A stretch of DNA of 64,000 nucleotides from an uncultured bacterium (GCA_963766885.1 CAVYBO010000001.1:4352-68351), one strand, 5' to 3'. Shown: positions 1 through 10,492, numbered from the stretch's first letter. Notes: a model not told the origin generated them from the letters alone. A program made the numbers and translations.

Positions 1-89
1 AGCTATTGATTAGATTACGTCTTTGCTATATATAAAAATTGGCCTCGAACTAAATCGAGACCATCTTGCGCGATCAAATGAGCACTCAG

Positions 90-599
90 CTAAACTTCAG
101 TGGTAGCCTCAGCCGGGTCTGGAATTTCTGCTCCGTTGGCTGCGATTGCAGTGATTTCAGCGGGTGCCGCAGTTTGTGCCGGAGCAACTTCGGCTTCAGT
201 TCCAGAAGCCTTGTGGCTAGCCAGCGCGGCCTCGATGAGTTTGAGGACGTTGGGAGACGAATCGGTCCCACCTTTGTTTCCGAAGTTTGCACCGTTGTTT
301 ATGAACCCCCCTGGCCCGGTGAAGAGCTTGTCCACAAGCACTGTGGCCCCTTGTTCAAAGACAACCTTGCCGGCCATAATTTGGGCACAGTCGGCTTTGG
401 CACCCTTCATGACAGTAAGGACTCCCCTGATGACGACGTTCCCCTCAAGGAGACCGCCTTCTTCGACGGTGACGTCGCTCAGGCTGATTGTATCGGCGCC
501 AAGCACCCCACCCTTTCGGACGATGAGAGGATGTTCGAGTGATACGCTACCCCCGATTTTCATTCCAGGGCTAACGATTCCATAATTTGCAATATCCAT
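90..599 (-). CDS. hypothetical protein, beta-helix/bactofilin-like repeats with Ala/Pro/Glu-rich tail
   Basis: 169-aa ORF with repeated V-x-V-x-x-G-G-x-L patterns; GC-richer than flanks. Confidence 0.5.
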   Translation of the reverse strand: MDIANYGIVSPGMKIGGSVSLEHPLIVRKGGVLGADTISLSDVTVEEGGLLEGNVVIRGVLTVMKGAKADCAQIMAGKVVFEQGATVLVDKLFTGPGGFINNGANFGNKGGTDSSPNVLKLIEAALASHKASGTEAEVAPAQTAAPAEITAIAANGAEIPDPAEATTEV

Positions 600-784
600 A
601 ACTGGCGTTGAATTTACTACTTATTTCGAAAATGTCAAGCAATTTTAGGGTTTTGGTAATTTAGGTGTCATTAGCACTTGCTTTTTTATTTATTATGTGA
701 TATAATAGGGTAAGGTTCATTGAAAGTCGTTTTTAATTTTGTTTGCGTAAGCGATCTGATTCTAACTAATATTTTGGAATTAGA

Positions 785-1480
785 TTGCTTATGCAAAACA
801 AAACCCTACATAACCGCGGCAACGCGGTACGCACGTCCATCGTGCAATTCGTTGTGATCGCGATCGCTTTGACCGCTTTCACCTTCAACACCAACTCCGC
901 ATTCGCCTCCGATCGTCGTCTGGTTCATCACCGCGTCGCCGATGGGATGCTTGCGGTCGGTGATCCCACCGAAGCGGGTTTGCCGCCCCTCACATGGACA
1001 CCGGCCACGCCGATTACTCTGGCCGAGAAGTATGCCGCGGCATACGTAATCCAGCATCAGTTGGACTACCGCGGGCTGCGGGCGGGCATCCATGTGGATG
1101 CGGAAGCAACGGACAAGAAACAGGCCGTTCTTGATTACAACCTTCTGATCAACTCAGCTACGGCTGCAATAGCTTCCTTATCCGGCACCAACGGAGACCC
1201 GGTGGCTTCCGCGGGGTATGCGATGGTTCTTCGCTCGGCGGCGAATGGCAATGAAAAAATGGCTCATCGGCTCAATGCTCAGGGCTGCCGTAATGGATCA
1301 GCGGCGATCGCGGTCAGCTACAGGATTGCTGCGGCCTCTCTGGCCGGTGTGTTGCATATCGAAGGTGAACCAACGGCCGACGCAAATCCAACTTCGGCAC
1401 CTACCGAACCGAACCCACCGGCGACCCCGGCGGCGCCTGCAACGGCAGACGGAGGCACGTTGCCACCGGCACCTCAATAG
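785..1480 (+). CDS. secreted hypothetical protein
   Basis: 231 aa, signal-peptide-like N-terminus (AFA-S), Pro/Thr/Ala tail, followed by terminator; exact start uncertain. Confidence 0.6.
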   Translation: MLMQNKTLHNRGNAVRTSIVQFVVIAIALTAFTFNTNSAFASDRRLVHHRVADGMLAVGDPTEAGLPPLTWTPATPITLAEKYAAAYVIQHQLDYRGLRAGIHVDAEATDKKQAVLDYNLLINSATAAIASLSGTNGDPVASAGYAMVLRSAANGNEKMAHRLNAQGCRNGSAAIAVSYRIAAASLAGVLHIEGEPTADANPTSAPTEPNPPATPAAPATADGGTLPPAPQ

Positions 1481-1502
1481 GTGAAACGACTAAAACTCAT
1501 CA

Positions 1503-1544
1503 AAACGGCGCAGGTTCTACGGAACTTGCGCCGTTTAAGTTTTT
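1503..1544 (+). terminator. intrinsic terminator
   Basis: aaacggcgcaggttc-tacg-gaacttgcgccgttt stem followed by T run. Confidence 0.75.
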
Positions 1545-1582
1545 TATACATCTTGAAATTTTCGATATGCTAAAATTGTTTT

Positions 1583-2038
1583 ATGAGAATTATTTCCAAA
1601 AATCCTGAGCAGACCGAAGATGTTGCCATAAAAATTTTGCGTAAAATTATGGCCCTTCCAGAACCAAAAGAAGCAGTGGTGCTTGCGCTCTCTGGAGATT
1701 TGGGCGCGGGCAAAACTACATTCTCGCAATTTTTGGGCAAAAGACTCGGAGTAAAAAACACAATGCAGAGTCCGACTTTTCTTTTGATAAAGCGATACGA
1801 AACATTTAATCCTTTTTTTGAAAATTTTTTTCATATTGATGCGTACAGAATTGAGAAGGAAGACGAAATTGCAAAGTTGGGTTTTGATAAAATCACAAAA
1901 AATCACAAAAATATTGTTGTTATTGAATGGCCGGAAAAAATCCAAAATATTTTGCCCTCTGACGCACTTCAAATTAATTTTAGACACGGCAATGATGAAA
2001 ATGAGAGAATAATAGAAATTCCAGATGAGCTCTACTAA
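1583..2038 (+). CDS. tsaE: tRNA threonylcarbamoyladenosine biosynthesis ATPase
   Basis: LSGDLGAGKTT P-loop, SPTF, HIDAYR, IEWPE motifs. Confidence 0.95.
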   Translation: MRIISKNPEQTEDVAIKILRKIMALPEPKEAVVLALSGDLGAGKTTFSQFLGKRLGVKNTMQSPTFLLIKRYETFNPFFENFFHIDAYRIEKEDEIAKLGFDKITKNHKNIVVIEWPEKIQNILPSDALQINFRHGNDENERIIEIPDELY

Positions 2039-4409
2039 AAATAAAAAAATATTAGTGCTTTTGGATGTTCACGCCATTATTCACCGCGCGTATCATGCGC
2101 TGCCGGATTTCTCTTCAAGTAGCGGCGAGCCGACAGGAGCTCTGTACGGGCTTTCAACAATGCTGCTTAGAATCATTGAAGAATTCAAGCCGGATTTTTT
2201 GGCTGCCTGTTATGATTTGCCGAAGCCGACATACAGGCATGAAGCTTACGCCGATTATAAAGGAGGTAGAAGAAAAACTGATGATGCTTTAATTGCCCAG
2301 ATAAAAAGAAGTAATGAAATTTTTGAAGCCTTTTCCATTCCAGAATATTCGCTAGAAGGATTTGAAGCTGACGATATGCTCGGCACTATTGTTGAAAAAA
2401 TGAAAAACAGAGATGATGTGGAAATTATTATTGCCTCCGGCGATATGGATACTTTGCAATTAGTTTCTCCAAAGGTAAAAGTTTTTACATTGCGCAAAGG
2501 AATCAAGGACACGATTTTGTATGGCGAAGAGCAGGTGGTGGAGCGTTACGGTTTTACACCGAAATTCGTACCGGATTTCAAAGGACTTTCTGGAGATCAG
2601 TCTGACAATATAATCGGTGTGCCGGGAATTGGAGAAAAAACAGCCACGAATTTAATTCAAAATTTTGGAACAGTGGAAGAAATTTATGCGGCGTTGGAAA
2701 GCGGGGAAGAAAAAAGATTTGCTAAAGCCGGAGTAAAAGAGCGAATCATAAATCTGCTCAAAGAAAATAAGGAAGAAGCCGAGTTTAGCAAAATGCTTGC
2801 AACCATTCGCAAGGACGCGCCGATTGATTTTGTTTTGCCAAAAAAAGATTGGAAAGAAAATGTTTCTCTTCCAGAAATAAAGAAAATATTTACCGAGCTT
2901 GAATTTAGAAGTCTTATACCAAGAATTGAAAAACTTTTTGGAGAACAGAATTCTGAACAAAGCGAAGAAGATAAAGAAGAAAAAGCTGCAGAGAGACCAA
3001 GCGATGAAGAATTAAAGAAAGCTGGCATAGCGCTCTGGCTTTTGGATTCTTCGATTATTGATCCGCAAGAATCGGATGTTATTGAATATGGAAGAAGAAA
3101 ACATCAGACAAATAATTTTTTCGATGCAGCAAAAAAAATTTTGGAGGATTTGAAAAAAGAAAATTTATGGAAAGTTTATGAAGAAATAGAATTACCGCTG
3201 ATTCCTATAATTGAAGAAATGGGTAAGTCTGGAGTATTGATTGATCAGAAATATTTGAATGAGCTATCGCAGAAATATAATAAAAAACTTAAAGATTTAG
3301 AAAAAGAAATCTGGAAATTATGCGGAGTAGAATTTAACCTTAATTCTCCAAAGCAGCTTTCTGAAGTGCTTTTTATGACACTTGGATTGAAATTAAAAAA
3401 TGGCAAAAAGACTGCGGGAGGCGTGGCATCAACCAAAGAGAGTGAGCTAGAAAAAATGAAAGACATGCACCCATCAATTCCGCTTATTCTTGAGTACCGC
3501 GAATTTGCAAAGCTTGTAGGCACGTACGTGGATGCGATTCCTAAACTTATTGCTTCCGATGGAAGACTGCACGCCAAATTTATTCAAACCGGTTCAGCAA
3601 CAGGCAGGTTTTCTTCCAAAGATCCAAATTTACAAAACATCCCAATCAAGACTGAAGCAGGATATGCAATCAGGCGCGCTTTTATTGCGGATAAAGGCAG
3701 AAAGCTTTTAGTTTTTGATTATTCACAGATTCAACTACGCATCGCAGCTTTTCTTTCTGGGGATGAAAAATTAATTGAAATTTTCAAAGCTGGCGAAGAT
3801 ATTCACACGGCTGTGGCATCACAGGTTTTTAAAGTACCGCTTAAAGATGTTGATAGGGAAATGAGACGCAAAGCCAAGGTGATAAATTTTGGAATTCTGT
3901 ATGGAATGGGAGTTAACGCTCTTAAAAAGAATTTAAATTCTACATTGGTTGAAGCCAAGAAATTTTATGAAGAATATTTTGTAACTTTCAAAACTCTGGC
4001 AAAGTATTTGGAAGATACAAAAATTAAAGCCGCAAGAACTGGCTACACAGAAACCTTTTTTGGCAGAAAAAGAAAATTTGAGAGTTTGAATTCTAAAATT
4101 CCATTTATTCGCGCAGCAGCAGAAAGAATGGCGATTAACGCGCCGATTCAGGGGACTGAAGCAGACATTGTAAAAATTGCTATGATTCGCGTGCATGAGT
4201 TTCTAAAAAAAGAAAAGCTTTTAGGCAAAGCGGAGCTTAATATGCAAGTTCACGACGAATTAGTTTATGAAGTAGACAAAGAGCAGGTAGATTATTTGAA
4301 AGAAAAAATAGAAAATATTATGGAAAGCATTTTGCCTTTGAGCGAAACTATGGGTGTGCCGATTTTGGCCACTGCAATTGAAGCGGATGATTTGGCAGAT
4401 GCTAAATAA
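2025..4409 (+). CDS. polA: DNA polymerase I (5'-3' exonuclease + family A polymerase; 3'-5' exo domain reduced)
   Basis: EADD, SGDMD, GVPGIGEKTA, DYSQIQLR, KVINFGILYG, QVHDELV motifs. Confidence 0.97.
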   Translation: MSSTKNKKILVLLDVHAIIHRAYHALPDFSSSSGEPTGALYGLSTMLLRIIEEFKPDFLAACYDLPKPTYRHEAYADYKGGRRKTDDALIAQIKRSNEIFEAFSIPEYSLEGFEADDMLGTIVEKMKNRDDVEIIIASGDMDTLQLVSPKVKVFTLRKGIKDTILYGEEQVVERYGFTPKFVPDFKGLSGDQSDNIIGVPGIGEKTATNLIQNFGTVEEIYAALESGEEKRFAKAGVKERIINLLKENKEEAEFSKMLATIRKDAPIDFVLPKKDWKENVSLPEIKKIFTELEFRSLIPRIEKLFGEQNSEQSEEDKEEKAAERPSDEELKKAGIALWLLDSSIIDPQESDVIEYGRRKHQTNNFFDAAKKILEDLKKENLWKVYEEIELPLIPIIEEMGKSGVLIDQKYLNELSQKYNKKLKDLEKEIWKLCGVEFNLNSPKQLSEVLFMTLGLKLKNGKKTAGGVASTKESELEKMKDMHPSIPLILEYREFAKLVGTYVDAIPKLIASDGRLHAKFIQTGSATGRFSSKDPNLQNIPIKTEAGYAIRRAFIADKGRKLLVFDYSQIQLRIAAFLSGDEKLIEIFKAGEDIHTAVASQVFKVPLKDVDREMRRKAKVINFGILYGMGVNALKKNLNSTLVEAKKFYEEYFVTFKTLAKYLEDTKIKAARTGYTETFFGRKRKFESLNSKIPFIRAAAERMAINAPIQGTEADIVKIAMIRVHEFLKKEKLLGKAELNMQVHDELVYEVDKEQVDYLKEKIENIMESILPLSETMGVPILATAIEADDLADAK

Positions 4410-4427
4410 AACAGATAAAATATAAAG

Positions 4428-5141
4428 ATGATTTATTTTTTTTCAGGAGAAAACAGCATAAAAAGTTTTGATAAGGGCACGGCGCTTTTTAAGAATTTGC
4501 AGGACAAAAAACCCGATGCTACTTTTCTGTCTTTTGATGCAGAAAGTATTTCAGAAGACACCCTTGGCGAGCTGATTGCATCCCAAGGCCTTTTTGAAAA
4601 AAAAGTCGTGGCACTGTTTAAAAATATTTTAGCCAAGACTGATTTGAAAAAAGAAATCCTAAAAAGAGTTTCTGATTTTAAGGATTCACAAAATATTTTT
4701 GTTTGGATTGAAAAAGATATTACACCAGCAGAAGAAAAAGCGCTTACAGAAGCTGCAGAAAAAAGCATAATTTCGCAATCTGAAAAGCAGACTAAACCGG
4801 AATTTAATATTTTTTCTTTAACAGAAAGTTTTGGTCAGAGAAACAAGATTAAACTTTGGACTCTGCTTTTGGATGCGCTTGCTCAAGGTAAAGCAGCTGA
4901 AGAAATTCACGGCACGCTTTTTTGGCAGGCCAAAGCAATATTGCTCGCAAAGCTTGAGAAAACAGCTGATGATGCAGGGCTTAAACCATTTTCATACACA
5001 AAAGCAAAAGGTTTCGGCAAAAACTTTTCTGATGAAGAAATAAAAATAGTGATAAAAAAATTAGTGCAAATGTATCACGAAGCGCATCTTGGAAATACAA
5101 ATTTTGAATTGGCTTTGGAAGATTTTGCGTTGTCAATTTGA
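4428..5141 (+). CDS. holA: DNA polymerase III delta-like subunit (short)
   Basis: MIYFFSGE start, SQGLF, FNIFSLTE and LEDFAL terminal motifs typical of short HolA. Confidence 0.65.
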   Translation: MIYFFSGENSIKSFDKGTALFKNLQDKKPDATFLSFDAESISEDTLGELIASQGLFEKKVVALFKNILAKTDLKKEILKRVSDFKDSQNIFVWIEKDITPAEEKALTEAAEKSIISQSEKQTKPEFNIFSLTESFGQRNKIKLWTLLLDALAQGKAAEEIHGTLFWQAKAILLAKLEKTADDAGLKPFSYTKAKGFGKNFSDEEIKIVIKKLVQMYHEAHLGNTNFELALEDFALSI

Positions 5142-5178
5142 TTTATTTTGAAATAAAAATTAGGAGCTTTGCTTGCTC

Positions 5179-5391
5179 CTATGCGAAATCGTTGGCCATT
5201 GCCGCAATCATAGATTGGTATAGATTATTTTCATCCAATCTCATTCTCTCGCAATCAGCTCGGGAGACATACACTATGTCATCTCCGACAAGCCTTTTAC
5301 TATGAAAGGCGGTAAATGGCCAAGCTTCAAAGTTAGGGTTTTGGAAGATTCCGAAGAGTACTTCCCCAGGGGAAAAAATATCACTAGGCAT
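5179..5391 (-). CDS. hypothetical protein
   Basis: 70-aa ATG ORF in intergenic gap. Confidence 0.45.
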   Translation of the reverse strand: MPSDIFSPGEVLFGIFQNPNFEAWPFTAFHSKRLVGDDIVYVSRADCERMRLDENNLYQSMIAAMANDFA

Positions 5392-5472
5392 TCTAAAGTC
5401 TGATATTAACTCCGAATTATTTATTAAGCAAGTAAAAATTAAGTATAAAAATTGTCCTATTACTAGGACTTT

Positions 5473-5748
5473 CTATTCCACCAAGCACCACGTAGCGATG
5501 GGGAGGCTTTGAGTTACTTCACATTCCCATTCCGGATGTTGCCCAAAAAGCTCGAGGATTTCGTCTGTTCTTAGTCGGCGTTTCTCGTCGATGACTTCAA
5601 CACAGGCATCGGCGATTGTTTTGCGCATAGCGCTCCAGCTTATCTCGTCGTGAACACTTCCTTCACTAGGGGATACGACAACTGGACTATCATTGTCTGG
5701 CGGTTGCGAAGTTCCTGGTTGTATAAGAACAATTGGTTTCAGCTTCAT
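5473..5748 (-). CDS. hypothetical protein
   Basis: 91-aa ATG ORF in intergenic gap. Confidence 0.5.
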   Translation of the reverse strand: MKLKPIVLIQPGTSQPPDNDSPVVVSPSEGSVHDEISWSAMRKTIADACVEVIDEKRRLRTDEILELFGQHPEWECEVTQSLPIATWCLVE

Positions 5749-5879
5749 TGTTTCTCATATTACACATACATAACTTTTTTTCAAGCTTCAGTAAAAATTT
5801 CTACTCAAAAGAAAAAGGTTTATTAAAAGTTTAACAAAATCAGTTTTTCTGATATATTTTGTTGCACGCGCTTAAGTGA

Positions 5880-5952
5880 CCGCCCATAGCTCAGCTGGTA
5901 GAGCAGATCCCTCTTAAGGATAAGGTCGTTGGTTCGATCCCAACTGGGCGGA
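5880..5952 (+). tRNA. tRNA-Lys(CTT)
   Basis: acceptor CCGCCCA/TGGGCGG, D arm TAGCTCAGCTGGTAGAGC, anticodon loop CT-CTT-AA, GGTTCGATCC. Confidence 0.95.
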
Positions 5953-6014
5953 TAAAATAAAAAAAACAGAAGGCCGAGCCCTCTGTTTTTTTGGTTAATA
6001 ATTTTTGGTTATGA

Positions 6015-7049
6015 TTAGAATCCGAAGAGATTTTTGAAGAAGTTGCCGATTGATCCAAAGAATCCTCCCATTCCTCCTGGTCTAGAACCATTACCATTTG
6101 AAGCGCTTGCGCTTCCTTGATCCATAACTGAAGTTGCAGTTACTGAAGTACCGTTCACTGTTCCTTGAACAATGACTTTGTCACCAGTTGAAACATTAGA
6201 AACTGTTGCGCTTGAATTGCCCTTGACTTGTATTTTGGCGTTTGTTGCATCAATAGCGTATGTAACATTGCCGCTGTTGGTAAGAGTGATTGTTGAACCG
6301 CTTACAGAAGATACTGTTCCGGCAAGAACTGGTTCGCCGTTTCCCTGAATTTGTGGACCAGAACCAGCTCCGTTTCCTTGCATAACTCCGTCTCGGATTT
6401 TTGTTGCGGTAACGGATGTTCCGCTAACAGTTCCCTGAACTGCAATTGTGTCGCCGACTGCGATACTTGCGACTGTAGTTGTTGCGCCGTTTTTCATAAC
6501 TGTTGCGTTTGTTGCATCAACTGTGTATGTGGTTGGCGTTGTGCTTTGATTTGGTCCCATACCGTTGCTTGTAACTGTAATAGTGTTGCCACTAACTGAA
6601 GCAACAGTTCCAACTACAGCTGGTCTCATTCCCATACCTCTTCCCATTCCGCCTTTGAATTGCCCGTCATTGATTTTTGTAGCAGTTACGCTTGTTCCGC
6701 TAACAGTTCCCTGAACCATCACAGTGTCGCCAACTGCAATTGCAGAAACAGAGCTTGCGCTTCCGCTTTTCATTACAGTAGCGTTTGTTGCATCTACTGT
6801 ATAAGTTGTTGCGGTTGTGTTTGTTCCAAAACCTTTGCTTGTAACTGTCAGAGTGTTGCCGCTAACTGATGCAACTGTTCCAAAAACCCCATTTCGAGGC
6901 GTGTTTGGTCCGCCCATCATACCGCTATGTCCTTGTCCACCTTGCCAAGGTCCGCCCTGAGTGCTCTGAGCAGAAGCTGGTGTTGCCGCTAATATAGCAA
7001 CAAGAGCCAAAGCTCCAGATATTCCGATAATATATTTTTTATTTAACAT
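6015..7049 (-). CDS. secreted protein with three tandem DUF5666-like beta domains
   Basis: signal peptide; three repeats GTVASVSGNT...VGDTVxVQGTVSGTSVTAT. Confidence 0.8.
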   Translation of the reverse strand: MLNKKYIIGISGALALVAILAATPASAQSTQGGPWQGGQGHSGMMGGPNTPRNGVFGTVASVSGNTLTVTSKGFGTNTTATTYTVDATNATVMKSGSASSVSAIAVGDTVMVQGTVSGTSVTATKINDGQFKGGMGRGMGMRPAVVGTVASVSGNTITVTSNGMGPNQSTTPTTYTVDATNATVMKNGATTTVASIAVGDTIAVQGTVSGTSVTATKIRDGVMQGNGAGSGPQIQGNGEPVLAGTVSSVSGSTITLTNSGNVTYAIDATNAKIQVKGNSSATVSNVSTGDKVIVQGTVNGTSVTATSVMDQGSASASNGNGSRPGGMGGFFGSIGNFFKNLFGF

Positions 7050-7164
7050 AATTAATTATTTATTTTCCGATTTTCCTAATACTAACTGAATTAATCGACA
7101 TTAATTCTCGTAATAAGGTATACGGTCTTAGATGTAATAAAGTTTCAAAAATTTAAGGATTAAT

Positions 7165-7569
7165 TTAGAGAGGCAAATCCGCGCCACCAAATCCTGGTCC
7201 TGTGAAAATAAGAGAAATTAAAATTACAAGAAGCAAAACATAAGTATTTATATTTCGAGAAATCAGATCTGGCCTGAAGATTTTGATTATTATTGCCACA
7301 AGCATGAGTACAGCAAGTGAAAGAGCGGCTATTTGAGTCCATGCCCCGGCAATCAGAAGCACTCCGGCGGCAAGTTCAATTGCTGACATAAAATACAAAA
7401 ACCACTTTGCCGGTCGTAGTCTTGCCTCTGTAAATAATCTGATTCTTTCCTCACGTTTGTCTTCTAGGTTTTCGTATGCAAATATAAGAGTGTAAATTCC
7501 GGCCACAACACGAAGAATGGCTGGGGAAACTGTTTGAAAAGAAAGCAAGTATGGAAACGCGCTTAACAT
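7165..7569 (-). CDS. DoxX family membrane protein
   Basis: LRVVAG, IELAAGVLLIAGAWTQIAA, GPG motif; ATG at 7569 avoids overlap with next gene. Confidence 0.8.
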   Translation of the reverse strand: MLSAFPYLLSFQTVSPAILRVVAGIYTLIFAYENLEDKREERIRLFTEARLRPAKWFLYFMSAIELAAGVLLIAGAWTQIAALSLAVLMLVAIIIKIFRPDLISRNINTYVLLLVILISLIFTGPGFGGADLPL

Positions 7570-7597
7570 AAAAACTATTATACACATATTACAAAAT

Positions 7598-8068
7598 ATG
7601 AAAACTTCATATTTAATTTTGCACAACGTCCGGAGCGAGTACAACGTCGGCTCAATTTTTCGTACGGCAGACGGCGTTGGCGTGTCCAAAATATTTTTAG
7701 CAGGCTACACGCCGGCGCCAATTGATAAATTTGGCAGGCCGGTGAAAGAAATTTCCAAAACTGCGCTTGGGGCAGAAAAGACAATTCCTTGGGAACAAGA
7801 AAAAAACATTTCCAAACTCCTCAAAAATTTAAAAAAACAAAAATTTCAAATCATTGCAATCGAACAAGCCAAAAATTCCGTTGATTACAAAAAAATCAAA
7901 CCCAAATTTCCAGTAGCTTTTATTTTGGGCAACGAAGTCAAAGGAATCTCCAAATCAGTTTTAAATCTCTGTGATGTTATTGCTGAGATTCCAATGAAGG
8001 GGAAGAAGGAATCTCTCAACGTTTCCGTTTCTGCAGGCGTGGCGCTGTTTAGGATTTTAAATGTATAA
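7598..8068 (+). CDS. SpoU/TrmH family RNA methyltransferase
   Basis: NVGSIFRTAD, ILGNEVKG, IPMKGKKESLNVSVSAG SPOUT motifs. Confidence 0.92.
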   Translation: MKTSYLILHNVRSEYNVGSIFRTADGVGVSKIFLAGYTPAPIDKFGRPVKEISKTALGAEKTIPWEQEKNISKLLKNLKKQKFQIIAIEQAKNSVDYKKIKPKFPVAFILGNEVKGISKSVLNLCDVIAEIPMKGKKESLNVSVSAGVALFRILNV

Positions 8069-8980
8069 CTTCTGATGAATATCGCAAAAGTGTGCGGAGC
8101 GAGTGGCAATGACTTTGCGGACGATTTTTCCTTTACATCCTTTGATTAAACATTTTTTTCCGGTGCGGCGGTAGGCAATATGCTTGTTTTGAAATTCTCC
8201 TCGCGTGCCTTCAATGTTTCTATAATCGCTCATTGAATCTCCGCCAAAATCAATCCCTTTTTTCAAAACATTTTGTGCCTCAAGAAAAAGTTTCTGCAAT
8301 ATTTTATCTGGAATTTTTGCAGGCGCGGATTCTGGATGAATTCCAGCTCGGCAAAGCGCTTCGTCAGAATAAATATTTCCAATTCCGGCGATGATGCTTT
8401 GGTCCATCAATACTTGCTTGATTTTGCCTCTGGATTTTTTCAAAAGTCTTTCTTTGAATTTTTGATAAGTGAGATTTTTATCCAATGCATCCGGACCGAT
8501 GTTTTCAAGATGGGATGTTTTTTCCAAATCAGATTTTTTGAAAAGCGTTACTTTAGCAAACCGGCGCATATCGGAGAGAGCCAAGCTTTTGCCATTTGAA
8601 AAAGTAAAAAGAAGCCGGATAAATCTATTGAACGGATCTTTCAGTGCCTCTGGAGAAATTGCTCTCCAAGGATCTTTTTTGCTTTTTGAATCAAATTCAT
8701 ATTTTCCATAAAGCAGGTGGCCTGTCATCTTCATATGAACAAGCACAACCAAATCTCCAGACAAGAAAATCAAAATATTTTTTGCCTGTCTTTTCGCCTC
8801 AATAATTTTTTTGCCTATAATTTGTTTTTTGAAATTAGCAAAAAACTTTGAGTCTTTGATGTTGTCTTTACCTGTGTGATACGCGCCTCCATAATTTGTC
8901 CAAACATCTTTTATAACAAGACCTTTTAGATACAGGTTTATCCCATTAACTGTGGTTTGTACTTCAGGCAGCTCGGGCAT
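8057..8980 (-). CDS. mutM: formamidopyrimidine-DNA glycosylase
   Basis: N-terminal PELPEV, HMKMTG, GIGNIYSDE, C-terminal zinc finger. Confidence 0.95.
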   Translation of the reverse strand: MPELPEVQTTVNGINLYLKGLVIKDVWTNYGGAYHTGKDNIKDSKFFANFKKQIIGKKIIEAKRQAKNILIFLSGDLVVLVHMKMTGHLLYGKYEFDSKSKKDPWRAISPEALKDPFNRFIRLLFTFSNGKSLALSDMRRFAKVTLFKKSDLEKTSHLENIGPDALDKNLTYQKFKERLLKKSRGKIKQVLMDQSIIAGIGNIYSDEALCRAGIHPESAPAKIPDKILQKLFLEAQNVLKKGIDFGGDSMSDYRNIEGTRGEFQNKHIAYRRTGKKCLIKGCKGKIVRKVIATRSAHFCDIHQKLYI

Positions 8981-8982
8981 AA

Positions 8983-9594
8983 TTATTCTTCAAAAATCGG
9001 TGGAGTGATCTGATATTTTTCCGGATGTCGAAAAATATCTTTCAGTTTTTTGATTTCTCCACGCATCAGGAATTCCTCAACAAATGTTGGTTTGAGATAA
9101 AGCTTTTTATTTTGGACCATGTCAATAAATTTATCAAAGCTCACTTTAAAAGGTTTGATTTTTTCTCCCGGCTCAAGACGTTGGCCGACTTTTTTGAGTG
9201 GATCTTTGGCAATAAATACATAATGAACTTTTTCAATATCTATTACTCTTTTTTCAAAATATACCAAATAATAATTTTTGTATGACCAGCCGATCTCTTC
9301 CTCCACTTCTCTTTGTACCGCTTCAAAAATATTTTCCCCTTCTTCAATTCCGCCTGCAGGGAGTGTCAGGTGTTCTTTTAGCCAATGAGGTTGCTTTTCC
9401 TTTATCAAAATAATTTTATCCTTTTCTACAATAATTGCGCTCAAAGAGTCTCTTCTTTTTATCATTTCAAAAGTCGCAACTTCACCGTTAAAAAGTCTTT
9501 GTTCCCATTGATAGACATGAAATCTTTCTCCATGGAAGACTTTTTTGGCGTGTTTAGGGATTATGTTTTTTATTTTTTTTGTTTTGTTTTTCAT
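8983..9594 (-). CDS. NUDIX hydrolase
   Basis: PAGGIEEGE...AVQREVEEEIG Nudix box. Confidence 0.9.
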   Translation of the reverse strand: MKNKTKKIKNIIPKHAKKVFHGERFHVYQWEQRLFNGEVATFEMIKRRDSLSAIIVEKDKIILIKEKQPHWLKEHLTLPAGGIEEGENIFEAVQREVEEEIGWSYKNYYLVYFEKRVIDIEKVHYVFIAKDPLKKVGQRLEPGEKIKPFKVSFDKFIDMVQNKKLYLKPTFVEEFLMRGEIKKLKDIFRHPEKYQITPPIFEE

Positions 9595-10158
9595 TTATTT
9601 GCCAAGAATTTTAAGTGCGGCTTTGATTCTGTCTTCTGTGCTCGTTAGGGAATCAGGTATTGCTTTGAGGGCATCGCGGGATTCTTTTTGGCTGTAGCCC
9701 AAACTTTTAAGCGCTTCCACGGCTTCCACTTCGCTTTTTAGCGACACGCTTTCTTCTTCATTATTGAATTTGCCTTTCAGTTCCAAAACAATTTTCTCGG
9801 CGATTTTTCTTCCAATTCCGGAAACTTTTGTCAGGTGCGAAATGTCTCCGCTTGAAGCCGCTTTTTTAAGTGATTCAATTGAAGCAATATTTAAAATATT
9901 CATAGCGCTCTTTGGTCCAACGCCGGAAATGGAAATCAAAAGTCCAAAAAAATCCCTCTCGTCGCGTGTTTCAAATCCATACAAGTCATGCGCGTCTTCC
10001 CGAATGTGCTCATGAATCCAAAACTCTAATTCTTGATCAAGTCTGCTCTTTTCAATTAGGCTCGAGAGAGCGAAAATTTTGTATCCTATGCCATTAAGCA
10101 GAATAATTAAATTTTTTTCTTCTTTGCTCCAAACCTTTCCTTGGATGTAGGCAATCAT
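9595..10158 (-). CDS. ruvA: Holliday junction branch migration protein RuvA
   Basis: MIAYIQG, LYGF, ISGVGPKSA, GIGRKIAEKIVLELK. Confidence 0.96.
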   Translation of the reverse strand: MIAYIQGKVWSKEEKNLIILLNGIGYKIFALSSLIEKSRLDQELEFWIHEHIREDAHDLYGFETRDERDFFGLLISISGVGPKSAMNILNIASIESLKKAASSGDISHLTKVSGIGRKIAEKIVLELKGKFNNEEESVSLKSEVEAVEALKSLGYSQKESRDALKAIPDSLTSTEDRIKAALKILGK

Positions 10159-10228
10159 AGTCGTTCTAGTATACCCAAAATTATTTTATTGCCAAAATCC
10201 CTGCTTTTTGCTAGGATAAGCGCCACAT

Positions 10229-10492
10229 ATGCCAATTACATCATCAGCAAAAAAAGCCATCCGAAACTCTGCAAAGAAGCAGGTTTTTAACATTCGCCGG
10301 AAAAAGGCTGTTGAAAGCACTCTTAAAGAAATCCGAATTCTCATCAAAGAAGGCAAAAAAGAAGAAGCTAAAAAAGCCTTTGTTAAGTTTCAAAAAGCCA
10401 TAGACAAAGCTGCCAAGGAGCATACTCTTTCCAAAAACACTGCATCCAGAAAGAAATCCAGAGTTTCTGCGATGATCAAAAAGGCTAAATAA
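10229..10492 (+). CDS. rpsT: 30S ribosomal protein S20
   Basis: MPITSSAKKAIR...IDKAAK...KNTASRKKSR. Confidence 0.96.
   Translation: MPITSSAKKAIRNSAKKQVFNIRRKKAVESTLKEIRILIKEGKKEEAKKAFVKFQKAIDKAAKEHTLSKNTASRKKSRVSAMIKKAK

Noticed and set aside
66-585. Plus-strand ORFs 66-542 and 100-585, and similar antisense ORFs such as 39721-40341, 38366-38914 and 48744-49337
   Set aside because: Shadows of better-supported genes on the opposite strand in GC-richer DNA.
6100-6890. DNA-level repeats inside 6015-7049 as a mobile or regulatory repeat
   Set aside because: Explained by three tandem protein domains.
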